Below are positions 32,854 through 45,818 of a stretch of 64,000 nucleotides of DNA, piece by piece. The position numbers and the translations under genes are program-made. The DNA lies in NCBI GenBank assembly GCA_963693365.1, contig CAVNZM010000007.1:8615962-8679961 (forward strand). The letters run 5' to 3'. How positions within the stretch are numbered: position 1 is the first letter of the stretch; each line of letters begins with the position of its first letter. The notes under the pieces are model-generated. The model did not search any database and had not been told where the DNA came from. It saw nothing but the letters and a program-made list of their open reading frames with translations. The stretch comes from Amoebidium appalachense. Lineage: Eukaryota; Protista; Ichthyosporea.

Positions 32854-34180
32854 GGGGGGAGGGAGAGGGGGAGAGAGGCAGGGGGGAGGAGGGGGGGGGA
32901 GGAACCGAAGAAGAACCGTCTTCTTTAGCTTAATGGGGAAAGAGGGAGCGGGGGAAGGGGGGAGGGGGGGGGGGGGGGGGGTAGGATCAAGTCCGTATTC
33001 TGCTGTGTAGATGCAAGTCGGAGGAGGGGGTTCATTATCGGTATGAACAGCCATGGTAATCTGCCCTTCTCTCAAGGCTTAGAGCACCAAATGAAACACT
33101 GCCGCTCAAGGCCAAGCACCAACGGCACATTCATATGCCAAACAGACCCACATTCCCGTTGTTGTTTATCGTTCTACCTTGGTAGTGTCTAACATGGGTG
33201 GGGTTGTATGCAGGTGGGATTACGGTGACCGACGCTACCTGGATGCCCTTAAGCACATGCAGAAAATGGTTAAGGATGGGCGCATAGGCATCCTCTCACT
33301 CACTAACTTCGACACGGAGAGGCTGAAGCTGATTGTGGAGAGTGGCATTGAGATAGCATCCAACCAGGTGGGTTTTTTCATTCCCGCCCCCCCCCCCCTG
33401 CTGCCCCCTGCCCCCCTTTTTTCCTCCCTTTTTTCCCCCAGGCGCACACGTACCCATGCGCACACGCCAGCACGCACGTACGAACACCATTGCACAGACA
33501 GCGTCATTCCCCCACACCTTCATCTCTACCACCCTCTCTGCTAATGGTTGAGAAACTGTATACAGTTTTCTTGAAAAGTTTATTAGTGTGGGCAAAAGAA
33601 AGAGGTAAGGATGAAGACAGGACGGGGAGGTGGGCGGGGAGAGGGAGTGTGTGTGTGGCCCGGAGTGAGGATGGGGAAGGGAAGGGGGGGAAGGGGGGCT
33701 AAAATGTTTCTGACATGCGATTTCCTTTTTTGTCTATACAGGTGCAGTTCTCATTGGTCGATCAGCGCCCCCTGGTGGCCATGGCGCCATTCTGCCGGGC
33801 ACATAACATCCAACTGCTGACATACGGCACCCTTTGTGGGGGTTTTTTCTCTGAAAATTGGCTGGGAAAGCCCGAGCCCACCAAGGCCCAGCTGGACACT
33901 GCATCCAAGGGAAAGTACTACAATATGGTATCCCCCCCCTTCCCCGCCCCACTACTGTAGCTCCTGCACTCCGTTTTTTTCTTTCCGTAACCCTTTCCCC
34001 CCCCCCCCCCTCCCCCCTCCCCCCCAACTATCACCACCAGCGATTTCTTCCTCTTCTGTAACCTTCGAATGCTTTCGTGTTGCTTTTAATTTGTACGATG
34101 CGTCTGACAGTGTATACCCCCCTCCCCCCCCCCCCCCCCTCCCCACACACACACACACATTCTCTCTCTCCCTCCCTCTC

Positions 34181-34215
<35 letters not shown>

Positions 34216-34334
34216 TCTTTCTCCCTCTCTGTCTGTCCCCCCCCCCCCCCCCCCTCCCCCTCTGCCTCCCTTCCTCTGCCGCCCTATCTGTTTTCCTCTC
34301 CCACTCTCTTGCTCTCTCTCTCATTTTCTCTTGC

Positions 34335-34374
<40 letters not shown>

Positions 34375-34840
34375 CCCCCGCCCCCTACCCCCCTCTCCGA
34401 CGGGAAGTTGACCTGCCTCTTGTACCGACGTGTAAAATATCGGACAAACGACAGCCTTTAACATTTAATCGTTTGATTTTATCCAATCGTGTATCTGTAC
34501 CTGCCATGTGTTGACACATGCATGATATTCCCCCAACCAGATCCGCGCATGGGGTGGATGGCCGCTGTTCCAGGAGCTTCTACAGGTGGTGCACTCGGTA
34601 GCCCAAAAACATAACGTGGAAATTGCAAATGTGGCGATCCGATGGGTTTTGGACCAACCAGCGGTAGGCGGCGTAATCGTGGGAGCGCGATTGGGTCATT
34701 CCGAACATATTGAGGATACTGCAAAGACGTTTTCTTTCTCGTTGGATGAAGATGATAGAGCCAAGATTCGGAAAGTGACTGAAAAATCCCGGAATTTGTT
34801 TGAGGTGATGGGTGATTGTGGTGATGAATACCGGGGTTGA
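30982..34840 (+). CDS. Aldo-keto reductase family oxidoreductase, 6 exons, 336 aa
   Basis: Exons 30982-31056, 31500-31558, 32529-32765, 33214-33367, 33742-33927 and 34541-34840 splice in frame. GMWQLSG, FTTFDLSDHYG (D, Y), TKW (K), LDMLQFHWW (H), LTNFD, SNQVQFSLVD and YGTLCGG show an intact AKR tetrad. Confidence 0.95.
32365..32477 (+). mobile_element. Diverged, reverse-oriented copy of the poly-G/C retroposon in an AKR intron
   Basis: cctgaggatgggctttggctatga..cacttcgta..ctaatccccc is the reverse complement of the family motif and end, and runs into a poly-C tract. Confidence 0.55.
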
Positions 34841-35224
34841 TTCCTCTTGCTCCCCCTGCGTGCTTCACCTATTTGTCGTGTTTTGTTTTTTACGTGGACA
34901 AACTGAGATTTCGAAGGACAATTTGATAGTTATGAAGGTGCGCCAAAGGGTGCAAGTACGCTACATACTTGTTTGTTGTGAATTTTATGCCACGATTGGA
35001 GAATTGGGCGGGAATGTGCTTTATAATATTTTTCAATAGCGAGTTTCCCTTTTTAGTATATGTACCGAAGCTGGTATGGTTAGCCATTGGGAAGGGGTGG
35101 TGATGAACGTTTGTGGTGGTAATATGTAGCTTTGTGCGTGTGCGTATGCATCTGTGTGTACGCATGTATCTGTGTGCGCGCGCGCTCCGCACTTGTAGTT
35201 TCTTTCTTTTTTCTTTTTTTCTTT

Positions 35225-35255
<31 letters not shown>

Positions 35256-35736
35256 GGGGGGAGGGGGGGGGGGGGGGGGGGGGAGGAGGAGGTTTTAGTG
35301 CATGGTGATGCAACTGATCCATGTTTGGCTGTACATAAGGTTGTCCGTTCCGAGATTGATCGTTGTTTCTTTCACATGTGGCCAGGTTTGCCACCCTTTG
35401 CAGACGAAAGTAAATGAAAATGTATATATGAAGTTTATGTCATGTATGAAACCCAACGTTTCAGTTGTTGGTTAGAGGGCCTATTTTTACGGGCCGCGTA
35501 ATGTACATGGACTACGTGAGCATGTGTAACTGTGAGCTACATACCAAAAAAGATAGCTCGATTGAACAAACGATTTGAATCGTTTCAACTCTAAAAATAA
35601 CAGGAGGCCAGAAAACATTTAGGGGAGACAGAATTAAAACTCTTAACATCACTCCCATACATCCATGCAATACACTTTATCAAAAAGGATGCAACAAGCA
35701 TCCGTTAAACTTAAACACAGTTAGCAAAGTTTAAAG

Positions 35737-36086
35737 TCATGCAGGTGTTTTTGCTGTGAATGCCTGGTAGCTGTACCTGGGGTTGCCCAAGTCGACCTTT
35801 TTAAATGTGATGTCGACATATCCGCATCGCTTCAAGCCTTCCATGATCTTCTCTGGTGTGGTATTGATGAAGATGCTTGGGTCCATTCCCCTGCAAAAAG
35901 TGATGATTCTTGGCCAATGGGTTCGTGCCGTGGGCGTGATGCACATGACCTCATGTATGTGTCGCCACGTGTATTGTCCTTGTGTGTGTGTGCATGCGTG
36001 CGCGTGTGCTTTGTCTCTAGGGCTGTGTGTGTACATGTGCACACGACCTGTACACCCCTTGTTGTGAGATCACACAAGAAATTTTT

Positions 36087-36127
<41 letters not shown>

Positions 36128-37454
36128 GAATGCGGAACACGGTACGAAGTATGCATACACGACGAGAAGCATGGTGCAGGACCCATGCAAAGGCAAACAT
36201 TCAAGTATGCAACATCAGCCATGTGCACAGTATGCGTCATAAGCAGAGCCCATCCTCAGGGAGGACCCAAGTCATCAATTGCGTCTGAGTTTCGACCCCT
36301 TAGCCCGCGTATATACGACGCTCCAACTCAGACAGCAGCATCAACTGAACTTGGGCGGGTCAACCCGTCTTGATCAAAGACGAGCAGGGTTGCTTATGCA
36401 AGCAAGGTGAGCAAAACGGTGAAGATGTGTGTGCAAACTATGCAGTGCAGCGAAAAATGCGTATGTGCTTACAGATGCACGACACAGAGCAACCATGCCC
36501 GGTTGCATGGAAGTAAAGCGGTCTCCACACAGTGGTCTGTCCTGAAAGGACACCTCTGAAAGAAGACTGGGGGGGTTTGAATGCGGAACACGGTACGAAG
36601 TACGCATACACGACGAGAAGCATGGTGCAGGACCCATGCAAAGGCAAACATTCAAGTATGCAACATCAGCCATGTGCAGAGTATGCGTCATAAGCAGAGC
36701 CCATCCTCAGGGGGGGGGGGGGGGGGGGGGGGGGAAGGTCCTGATTTACATGCATGTGTGCAGGGGGTGGTTTGTGAACGTGAGGGTGTAGCCCACGATA
36801 TGCCCTTAGTCTTCTTGTGCGTGCATACAGACACATACACCTCGCAATGTTCTGTGCTTTTACAGCTCCGTGTACGACCAGCACCGGAGTGAATGTGTGT
36901 TATTGGAAAAATTGTCCGGATTCGTGGGGTATGCGCACATAGGGTGTGTGCATGCTTGCTTGTGACTGCTTGGGTGTGGGTGTGTCTGTATCAGTGCTTG
37001 TATATACGTGTGTGTCTGCTTGCATGCATGCACGTGTGTGTGTGCAAACACGAGTAGGGGTGTCTGTGGGAATGAGGGTGTGTGAGTGCGTGGGTGTGTG
37101 TGGAGGGGAAGGGGGGGGGGGGGGGGGGGGGGGGGGATGCATAGTTGTTTCTTTGTTCTTGTCTTCCTAAGCAAACAAAAACTGATGACCCAAAATGAAG
37201 GCAGAAGCCCCCCCCCCCCCCCCCCCCCCGGCCCTTCATTCCCTTCCCGTTCGGTATCCAGAAATACACCCACCCATTCCCCTATGCATCTTTGCTGGGG
37301 TTTAAGTGAAAAAAATCTTTGAGCTTAAGTTATGCTTGTGCTCGTGTGTACTGGTCAACGTGTGCTGATGCCAGCACGTTTAGCCACGTGCATGGCTCGT
37401 GAGTGATGTGTATGTGACGTGCACATGTACTCTTAAAAAAGCCGAAGTAAAGAA

Positions 37455-37492
<38 letters not shown>

Positions 37493-38794
37493 AAATAACG
37501 AGGATGAAACCATGGAATTTCGGTGATCGGTCTCCGGGCCAAATTCATATGAAAAACAGGATTACATCGAGAATGAAAAGGTAGCCGAATTATGCGCTAG
37601 AGCCAAAATTTTTGCATGGTAATTATGTAAACAGTGTTTTCTTCAAACGTTCAGTACCGAAAAATTATAACTCAATTGGTTCAGTGTCAGCGACAAAAAA
37701 AAACTGCACCAAATCTGGTACGGTTTGATACTAAAAATAGCACCAAAACGTACCAGATTTGGTGCTATTTTTAGTATCAAACCGTACCAGATTTGGTGCA
37801 GTTGGTTTTTTCGTCGCTGACACTGAACCAATTGTGTTATAATTTTTCTGTACTGAACGTTTGAAAAAAAACACTATTTACATAATCACCATGCAAAATT
37901 TTTGGCTCTAACGCATAATTCGGCTACCTTTTCACTCTCGATCTAACCCTGTTTTTTGTATGAATTTGGCCCGGAGACCGATCGCCGCAACTCCATGGTT
38001 CCAGCTACCTTAAGCAGCAAAAAGCAAAAAATATAAAAGGCTATACAGGGAACTTGACGTAACCGAAAGTACTGGGGGGTCAGGGGAAAGGGGGAGGGGG
38101 GGGGGGGGGGGGGGGGGGAAGGAGGGGTAGGGGGAGGGGTGCGTGTAAGTGCATGTGGGGGGGAGGGGAGGGGGGGAGAGAGACAGACGGGGGGGGGGGT
38201 TTGAATGCGGAACACAGTACGAAGTACGCATAGACGATGAGAAGCATGATGCAGGACACATGCAAAGGCAAACATTCAAGTATGCAGCATCAGCCATGCG
38301 CACAGTATGCGTCATAACAGACGGGGGGGGGGGGGGGGGGGAAGCCGCTGGAGCAAGAGCGAGAGAGATAGAGGGAGGGGGGGGGGGGGAGGGAGCCGCT
38401 GGAGCAAGAGCGAGAGAGAAAGAGGGAGGGCGGGGGGGGGGGGGGGGGGGGGGGGGGATGCAATAATTACACACCTTGCAGTCTGGAACTTTGTCAAAGT
38501 AAGCAGTGTGCCGCCTGGGCGAAGCACTCTGGTAAGCTCTTTAAGGCCCCCGTCGATTGGGTTCCAAAAATAGATGCAGTTGAGATGGAAGGCAAGATCG
38601 ATGCTTCCAGAAGGAATCTTGTCCATTTTTTCCACAACGCCTGAAAATAGGCGCAGTGCTTTGTAAGTCTTACGTCAATATGATCTATCCCTGTTAGGCA
38701 AATCCCCACACTGCACTATCTGTGCCCTCTTAACTATAAACAACCCCATCGGAGCCTGGGTGCATTTGTGTCTGAGAAGTAAAAGTTATGGTGG

Positions 38795-38875
<81 letters not shown>

Positions 38876-39969
38876 TGCTTGGCCCCTCCCCTCGTCCCCC
38901 CACTTCCCCCCCCATCACCCCAAACCTCCCCCCTCCCCCCTTCCCCCCCCATCGCCCCCCCCCCCCCGCCCCCCCGTCACCCCCCTCCCCCCCCCCCCTC
39001 TCCTTTCCCCCACACAGAAACATACCAAACAAAGCATCAGGGAGGTACTACAATAGACTGTGAAACTTTCGAGCTTTCATTAGGACACATGGAAAACAGA
39101 GAAGGTTACACACCCACCCCACACCCACAGACCCAACCCCACACCCACTCCCCTCCCCCGCCCCACCCCCCTCCCCCGGCACCCCCCCACCCACCCTCCA
39201 CCCCCCTTCACCCCACCAACCAACCCATACCCCTACCCCATGCACCCCCCCCCCCCCCCCCCCCCCCCCCCACCCACCCCCCCCCCCCCTCACCCCCCAC
39301 CTATCCACACATCCCCCCCCCCCCCCCCCGGCCCCCCCGGACCCACCCCCCACCGACCCACCCACCCACCCCCCCCCCCCCCACCCTCCCCAACCCCCCC
39401 CCCCCCCCCCCCCCAACGTCCCCACCCCCCACCCACCCACCCACACACACCCCCACCCCCCAACCCCTCCACCCACCACATCCCACCACATCCCACCCCA
39501 CCCACCCACCCACCACCCACCTCCCCACCTATGCACTCTGCCCACTCAACCACCCACCCATCCTAGCCCCCACCCCCCTACTCTCCCCACCCCCCTACTC
39601 TCCCCACCCACCCACCCCACCCACTCACCCCCGCACCCACCCCAGCCCACGCACCCACGCACCCACGCACTCCCTCACCCACCCATCCCCCCCACTCACC
39701 CACCCACCCCTAACCCCCACCCCCTCCCCCCACCCACCGTGATATATCTCGGCTCTGCCTGCAGCGACCTCATTGGCCAGCCTTGCCTTTGCCTTTTCAC
39801 ACATGGACTCGGACATGTCCACACCATATACCTACCACCCATCCTGATGTCAGCCCTCCCCCCCACCCCTCCCCCCCCCCCCCCCCACACACACCCCTCT
39901 TGCTCCCTCCACCACCCTCCCCCCCCCACCTGCTTCCCCATCTTTCCATGAAAAAAGAACAACTACCTA

Positions 39970-40000
<31 letters not shown>

Positions 40001-40937
40001 GCAACCCACCCACTTCAACACATACGGAAATTGATCCCCAATTTCTCAGCTCCTACACTCCCTTTAGCCCCCCTCCCCTCCCCTCCCCCCCCCCCCCCCC
40101 CCCCCCCGTGTAACTTCCCTTGCCTCCCCTCCCCCTCTCCCCCCCTTTCCCCTTCCCCCTCGAGATGCCAGGTGACAAGGAAAATGACAAGGAAAGGTGT
40201 GTGTGTGTGTATTAGACATATGCTTGCCTATTCCTTAAGTAGTGTCACATCTGGGATTCGGGAGGGGTGTGGGGCAGTGATCACAGGGCGCATGAGGGGG
40301 GGGGGGGGGGGGGGTCGAAGATGGGGCGGGAGGGGGGGGGGGGGGGGTGAACCGAACTAGGCACCCACCTTATCCACATGTTGTAGGGCCGCCTCCAACC
40401 CAGCCCCGTCCCCAAAGCCAACCTCCAGCACTTTATCGGTCCTTTTCAGACCTGCCTTGCCAAGCGCATCTGCAAACACGTGCACGTTAGATCAACATAC
40501 GGGCATAAAAGCGTGGAATATCAGATCTTATGGGGGTGCGCTGGAAACATGATTGCACGGAGGAACAAGGGGGGAGGGGGGGGGGGGGGGGGGGGGGGGA
40601 GGGAGGGGGTTCGACCCGTGTTGAGCCCAAGGGTAGTGTTCTGTGAACGGGGGGGAGCGAAAGCTTTCTGTTGTCCTGACGATCTTTGAATAAACCAAAG
40701 ATAGGGGGTTGTGAAGTGGTATACAAAACCCGTATGGATAGCAGAAAATGGGTACCACTGTGTGTTTTCTCTTTTTTCATTCCTATTATCCACCTGTGAT
40801 GGTATCAGCACCTGCATGGAGTGAGAGAGTCCTGGGCTTAGATGTGGGGGCCATAGCAGGTGGGGATAACAGGCGATTTATAGGTAGTTGTCCGTATTCG
40901 CCACTCATGTTATCTACAACGTTTGCATTAAGAAGAA

Positions 40938-41015
<78 letters not shown>

Positions 41016-41286
41016 CGAAGCCCATACTCCCTCCCCACTTCTGCCTTCAACTCCCCACCCACCCCCACTCGCCAGTGGCATCCCTCCCGCATAATGCACT
41101 TACGCAAACCCCCCTGGAGCACCCACCTTTCAAAGTGGGCGGGTTTGCCTGGGCCATGAAGTGGCCGGCGACGGCACCCCATAGCCCTGCCGGGTGCCTG
41201 AGGGCTGCCTGCACGGGCGGCAGAGACATAATGCGTTTGGCCATGCGTGCGGCTAGGGGCACGGCTGCAGGTGGTGCTTTTGCCAT
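35737..41286 (-). CDS. Class I SAM-dependent methyltransferase (Methyltransf_11-like), 5 exons, 224 aa
   Basis: Exons 41286-41127, 40469-40369, 39831-39738, 38640-38475 and 35890-35737 splice in frame. Motifs: VLEVGFGDGAG (motif I), VYGVDMSESM, SIDLAFHLNCIYFW, ELTRVLRPGG. Confidence 0.92.
36126..36710 (-). mobile_element. Two head-to-tail copies of the poly-G/C retroposon (36126-36568 is the longest; 36576-36710)
   Basis: Both start g(n)-ttgaatgcggaacacggtacgaag. The long copy carries a minus-strand ORF end (..RFAHLACISNPARL*, stop at 36374) followed by ~250 nt and then poly-C. Confidence 0.75.
37508..38009. mobile_element. ~490-bp foldback palindrome (long-TIR MITE-like)
   Basis: Arms 37508-37747 and 37758-38000 are reverse complements with scattered mismatches and a 10-nt spacer. 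The right end runs gctacc-TTAA. Confidence 0.85.
38200..38317 (-). mobile_element. Truncated copy of the poly-G/C retroposon
   Basis: Matches 19165-19282 and lies between G tracts. Confidence 0.75.
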
Positions 41287-41691
41287 GGTGGCGGTCGGGT
41301 GCCTAGTGAACCTCGTGTCCTGCTTTGGATTATATCACGTCAAGTCGAGAAGGTCGCTGCATACGGCTTAGAAGAGTTGTGGCGTGTTCTGCGGCCCAGG
41401 TTTTTTGCTACACTGCCCGTTGTATCAACTTTGAAAACGTTGCTGCCGACTAACTTCTCTCCGGCTGTCCGGAGCCGCGAGGTGTCCCCCAAAACTCCCT
41501 GGTGATTATATAAGCTGCGTAGTAATAGGCAAGTTGAAGTACCAAAATAAGCTTGCACTTGTGCTATGTCATGTAGAACAAAAGCATATGATACCAGCAC
41601 CCTAGAGCAAACTGTAAAAACCTTACATGCTGAACCCGTATGATAATGACAATCTGTAAACATGGTTGGTTTTCATACGACGCCCCACAAG

Positions 41692-42035
41692 CAGGGGTGT
41701 GGCGACTTGACTTCAAGTCGCGACTTGACTTCAAGTCGCGACTTGAAGTCACCAAGCACCTGACTTCAAGCAAGTCAAGTCAAGCCATGAGGCCAGATAT
41801 AGGAGTGACTTGATGGGGGGAGGGGGGCTGAGCGCGGAGGATGGGTGGGAAGGGGGGCGCCACTGCCCTCTTTTTTCAGAGGGCCGTGGGGGCGCCCATA
41901 GCCAGCCGGCCGGAGAAGTTACTAAAAATAGTACTCTTCCAAGTCGCGACTTGTAAGTCAAGTCAAGTCATCAAATTCAGCCAACAGTTATAAATATAAG
42001 TCAAGTCAAGTCGTTGAGGGTCTGCCACACCCCTG
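41692..42035. mobile_element. hAT-type MITE copy 1 (344 bp)
   Basis: TIR caggggtgtggc/gccacacccctg, perfect 8-bp TSD cccacaag, and subterminal aagtc/gactt repeats. Confidence 0.92.
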
Positions 42036-42137
42036 CCCACAAGGCCACAACTTGTAACAACACTAAGTTTGTGGGGAGCTCTCCTGGCAATGCAAAGACC
42101 AATGAAAACGGTTTCTAATGTTTAGGAAACTTTTGGC

Positions 42138-42478
42138 CAGGGGTTTGGCAGAGCCTCAATGACTTGACTTTACTTATATTTACAATTGTTTGCTGGGTTT
42201 GATGAAATTGTTTGCTGGGGTTGATGACTTAAGCTTGACTTGACTTTCGAGTCGCGACTTGGAGGAGTACTATTTTTAGTAACTCCTCCGGCCGGCTTGG
42301 CCACGGGCGGGCATTGCGCCCCCCCTTCCCACCCACCCGCCCCCCCTTTCCCCGCCCCAAGCCCCCCTCCCCCATAAAGTCACTGATATGTGTGGCCTCA
42401 TGACTTGACTTGACTTGATAGAAGTCACGTGCTTGATGACTTCAAGTCGCGACTTGAGTCAAGTCGCCACACCCCCTG
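42138..42478. mobile_element. hAT-type MITE copy 2, inverted relative to copy 1
   Basis: Same TIRs and internal sequence in reverse orientation, with its own perfect 8-bp TSD cttttggc. Confidence 0.9.
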
Positions 42479-43047
42479 CTTTTGGCGCGAATGGCGGACC
42501 AATCAAACTTACCCTCTATCTTGATTGGAAGATATCCCGCTCCGTCGAAACAACAAGCACTGGTAGTCTACGATCTGGCAATCATTGGCAGCCTCGGGCT
42601 GTTTGAGCACAGTGAATGGCATCACAACCGGCATCTGTCCGACTAACAGGTGTGCCAGGGTGTAAGCAAGCTTGCTCCTAATAGAAAATTGCATAGGGGT
42701 GCTATCTAAGAGGCCTTTGTTTATACACTTCCATTGTATCTGTGCACATATCATCTTGCAATCATGATGATGAATGGTCATAATAATAATGCCTGTTTGT
42801 GTTTGTCACTCGTCCGAGTGCACACCGCACACACATCGATCCTGTGGTAGCAACACAAATACGTCGTCTGATCACTACATATGCATGATGTACCTTAAGG
42901 CTGGATGCATGTATGCGTATACTGTATGTGCGTGGTGATGCGTGTGTACGTACTTCACGAAATACTCAAGACTTCTTTTAGTTGAGATAAGAAGATAAGT
43001 TGCAAGTACAAAAAGACCCGAGAGCACAATAAAAGGTCAGTTGTTGT

Positions 43048-43810
43048 TTGAAATCTTTCAAGTGTCGTGAACAACTCCGATTGCCCTCCCTTTATTGTGT
43101 TGGTCGTGTTTTACATGACACCTCTGTGCACTCTGCTCCCTTAGACCCGTACAAAACAACATTTACCCGCACGCGCGGGGTACTTCAAGGGTCCCTGCTA
43201 AGCCCCCTTCTTTTCAACCTGTATATTGATGATTTAGCAGACGCTCTTTCTGCGGCACAAATTGACGGGGGGTTGCCATCCCAGGCTCCCCCCGCCCTCT
43301 TTTTTGCCGACGATATTGTGCTTATGTCATCCGATCCTATCGAACTACGGCGATATATTCGTGTGGTTGAACATTGGTGCCAGCACAACGATATGAAGGT
43401 TAACGTCAAAAAGTGTGCCCTTTTATCAAAATCGATACCGGCATGGGACGACGTTTGTATATTCGGCAGTCCCCTCCCTCGCCCGATCGAATATAATATT
43501 TGGGGGTTCCGGTGGATCATGAGTGGGGCATATGTTTCAAACGGATGGTCGACCGTCGGGTGGAGAGTGCAGGCAGGTGTCTTCGTTCATTTAGGGATGT
43601 GTATCTTGCTTTCAAATCTTTCTACTACTGTACACTTACACAACCGTCTTAGTATATTCAGTTTCGCACCTTTATTCGCCCTTTGTCTGAGTACGGGTTG
43701 CCTTTATTAGCTATGGCACCCCCTGATACCGTTGCAAATGTTCTCCAATCACTAATGACTTCCACTACACAACTTGTTGTACGTTTCTTACTGGCCTTTC
43801 CACACCTATT
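43048..43810 (+). mobile_element. Degenerate non-LTR retrotransposon reverse-transcriptase fragment
   Basis: RGVLQGSLLSPLLFNLYIDDL..LFFADDIVL..WCQHNDMKVNVKKC are core LINE RT motifs. The frame is lost around the expected YLG motif (~43495). Confidence 0.9.
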
Positions 43811-44691
43811 TCTAGACGCCTTTTCGATTCTTTATATATGGCGAATTCGAAGCTGACGCTCGACGGGCTGTTACTAGTATGCGCAGCGACCCGGCCATGA
43901 TCGGTGTGATCATTACACCCCTGGCAGACGCGTGCGTGCGCACACCACGTGTACGTTCAGCCCAACAAACCGGGTCCAGCCAGCAGTAGTGGAACTGTCG
44001 TTTCCATTTCACGTACATGATGATATGATAAATATTGCCAATGGCATATGCATGGATGAAGATGATGATATCATTGTGATGCATATATGATCGATCCGGA
44101 TATCGATGATGTAGGTACCGGGTCCGCCATACGTATACCAGATGTTGCAATTCAGCAATGTTTATCATTGCAAACGAGCTCGAGCCAAAATACATCTCTT
44201 GTATGTGTATATGTCTTCCCCACGAGGGCGGTGCCCTACGTAGACACGATGAAAGGGTTCGCATGGTAATGCCATTTTCCCTGGGCCCACCCGGGGTGCG
44301 GAAGCCGCGTCAGTGATTGCATGACTGAATTCAAGTCTATTGTAAGGCTCTGTGCGTTGTGACAGCCGCGCGGCCCTCGACGTCGGGTCATGTTCCGGCC
44401 GGTGAAATGATGTATGAAAACCTGAGGAGGGCATGCGCAGTCTTTCTGCGCATATAAACGTACGGTCACTACTCCAGCTGGAATACACGAACAATTTGCA
44501 ATGCTTCCGCTGCACGCGCGTAGCAGCGAGATCGAGATCTAATCTATTCAAACAGTGACGTTTGATTGGCAAATTAGATAAAAATGTGGTCCCCCCAACC
44601 TCAGACACTGGATCCTTCATGGTGAATTTTTCGTAAGAACCATATTTGGAAATTGATAATTTGGGAATCTATTACTAATAAAGGGGGGGAA

Positions 44692-45084
44692 TGTGCTAAT
44701 AATGCTGCTGACAACAGTTCACTGAACAGCACTTCCGTGCCATTGATAAATTTATATATGCTATAAGAGATGCTGTGAAAATACTTGCATGGAGAACGCT
44801 AGTAACGAGACAACTAAGGGTATTTACCACGCTGAGCCGCTGAGATCATGATCATCATGGCTCATATTCTTGATGGGGTTTATGCACTTTGCTGCGGGCT
44901 CGTCAGGGCCCGGGCCCGGCCGGCCAGCCTCACTTGACGGCCTACTGCGTTTTCCAGCGCAGCCAATCAAATGCAGCTAGTGACTTACGTACACTGTATG
45001 CAATAAAACAACCCTAGTATAAATTATGGATAAGCAGAAGCTAGCATTGGTAGCTCCGAGAGAAAGTTAAGACACCGTATCACA
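44692..45084 (+). mobile_element. Probable 3' LTR preceded by a polypurine tract
   Basis: aaagggggggaa (PPT-like, 44680-44691) is followed directly by TGTGCTA. The segment ends TATCACA (terminal inverted match) and has AATAAA at ~45002. No partner LTR is in the window. Confidence 0.45.
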
Positions 45085-45115
45085 ATATCATACTGTGCAG
45101 CATTAATAAGGTGAT

Positions 45116-45620
45116 TTACACGGTCATTTTATAACGGATATACTGGGGGAAAGAAGTAGAAAACAGAATAAAGCCGCCCATAACCTCCGGTTCTACCACA
45201 TTAGCTAACAGGTCACACTTATTGATAGATATGCATCCGCGAGTAAACCGCCCCCCACACATATTACACATACGAGCAGGAGACACCAAAAACCGATTAC
45301 AACGCCAAGACATAATCATCTTTGCATATTTATACGACACAACATCATGAATAAACGAATCTATATAGGAGCGAGATTGTCTAACCGTATCCGCCATATA
45401 TATAGGCTACTAGTGGTTGGTGTTTTTGCTGACCTAACACTGGGAGGCCAAGACTCGACACGTAAAGTAAAAAGGTATCTATCAGCCATAGACTTGTAAC
45501 TATTCATAGTCACACTATGGTCCAGCCGTACCTCCTGTGGAGTCGCCAGCCACTCCGCATACCGCTCGACCATGGGCAGAGACGATGTGGAATTCTTAAG
45601 GGAAGAGGTAGAGGGGCGAG
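45116..45620 (-). mobile_element. Probable C-terminal remnant of a LINE-type ORF (Cys-rich end), frameshifted
   Basis: Two overlapping frames. IMSWRCNRF..MCNMCGGRFTRGCISINKC resembles the WR..CxxC..R..C ends of fungal and protist LINE RT proteins (recognised by eye only). Confidence 0.4.
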
Positions 45621-45783
45621 TCCGGCGGGGATGCGTGTAGCCGGAAGAGTGGATGGGTCGGGGCAATGGCGGATAGGCGGGGGATGTGCTCGTGAAACTT
45701 AAGGGCCAATTCGTGTATGTGTTGTGATGGTGGTGTGAGTGCGTATAATATGCATGTGGCCGCCAGCTGCACATGTATCTACA

Positions 45784-45818
<35 letters not shown>

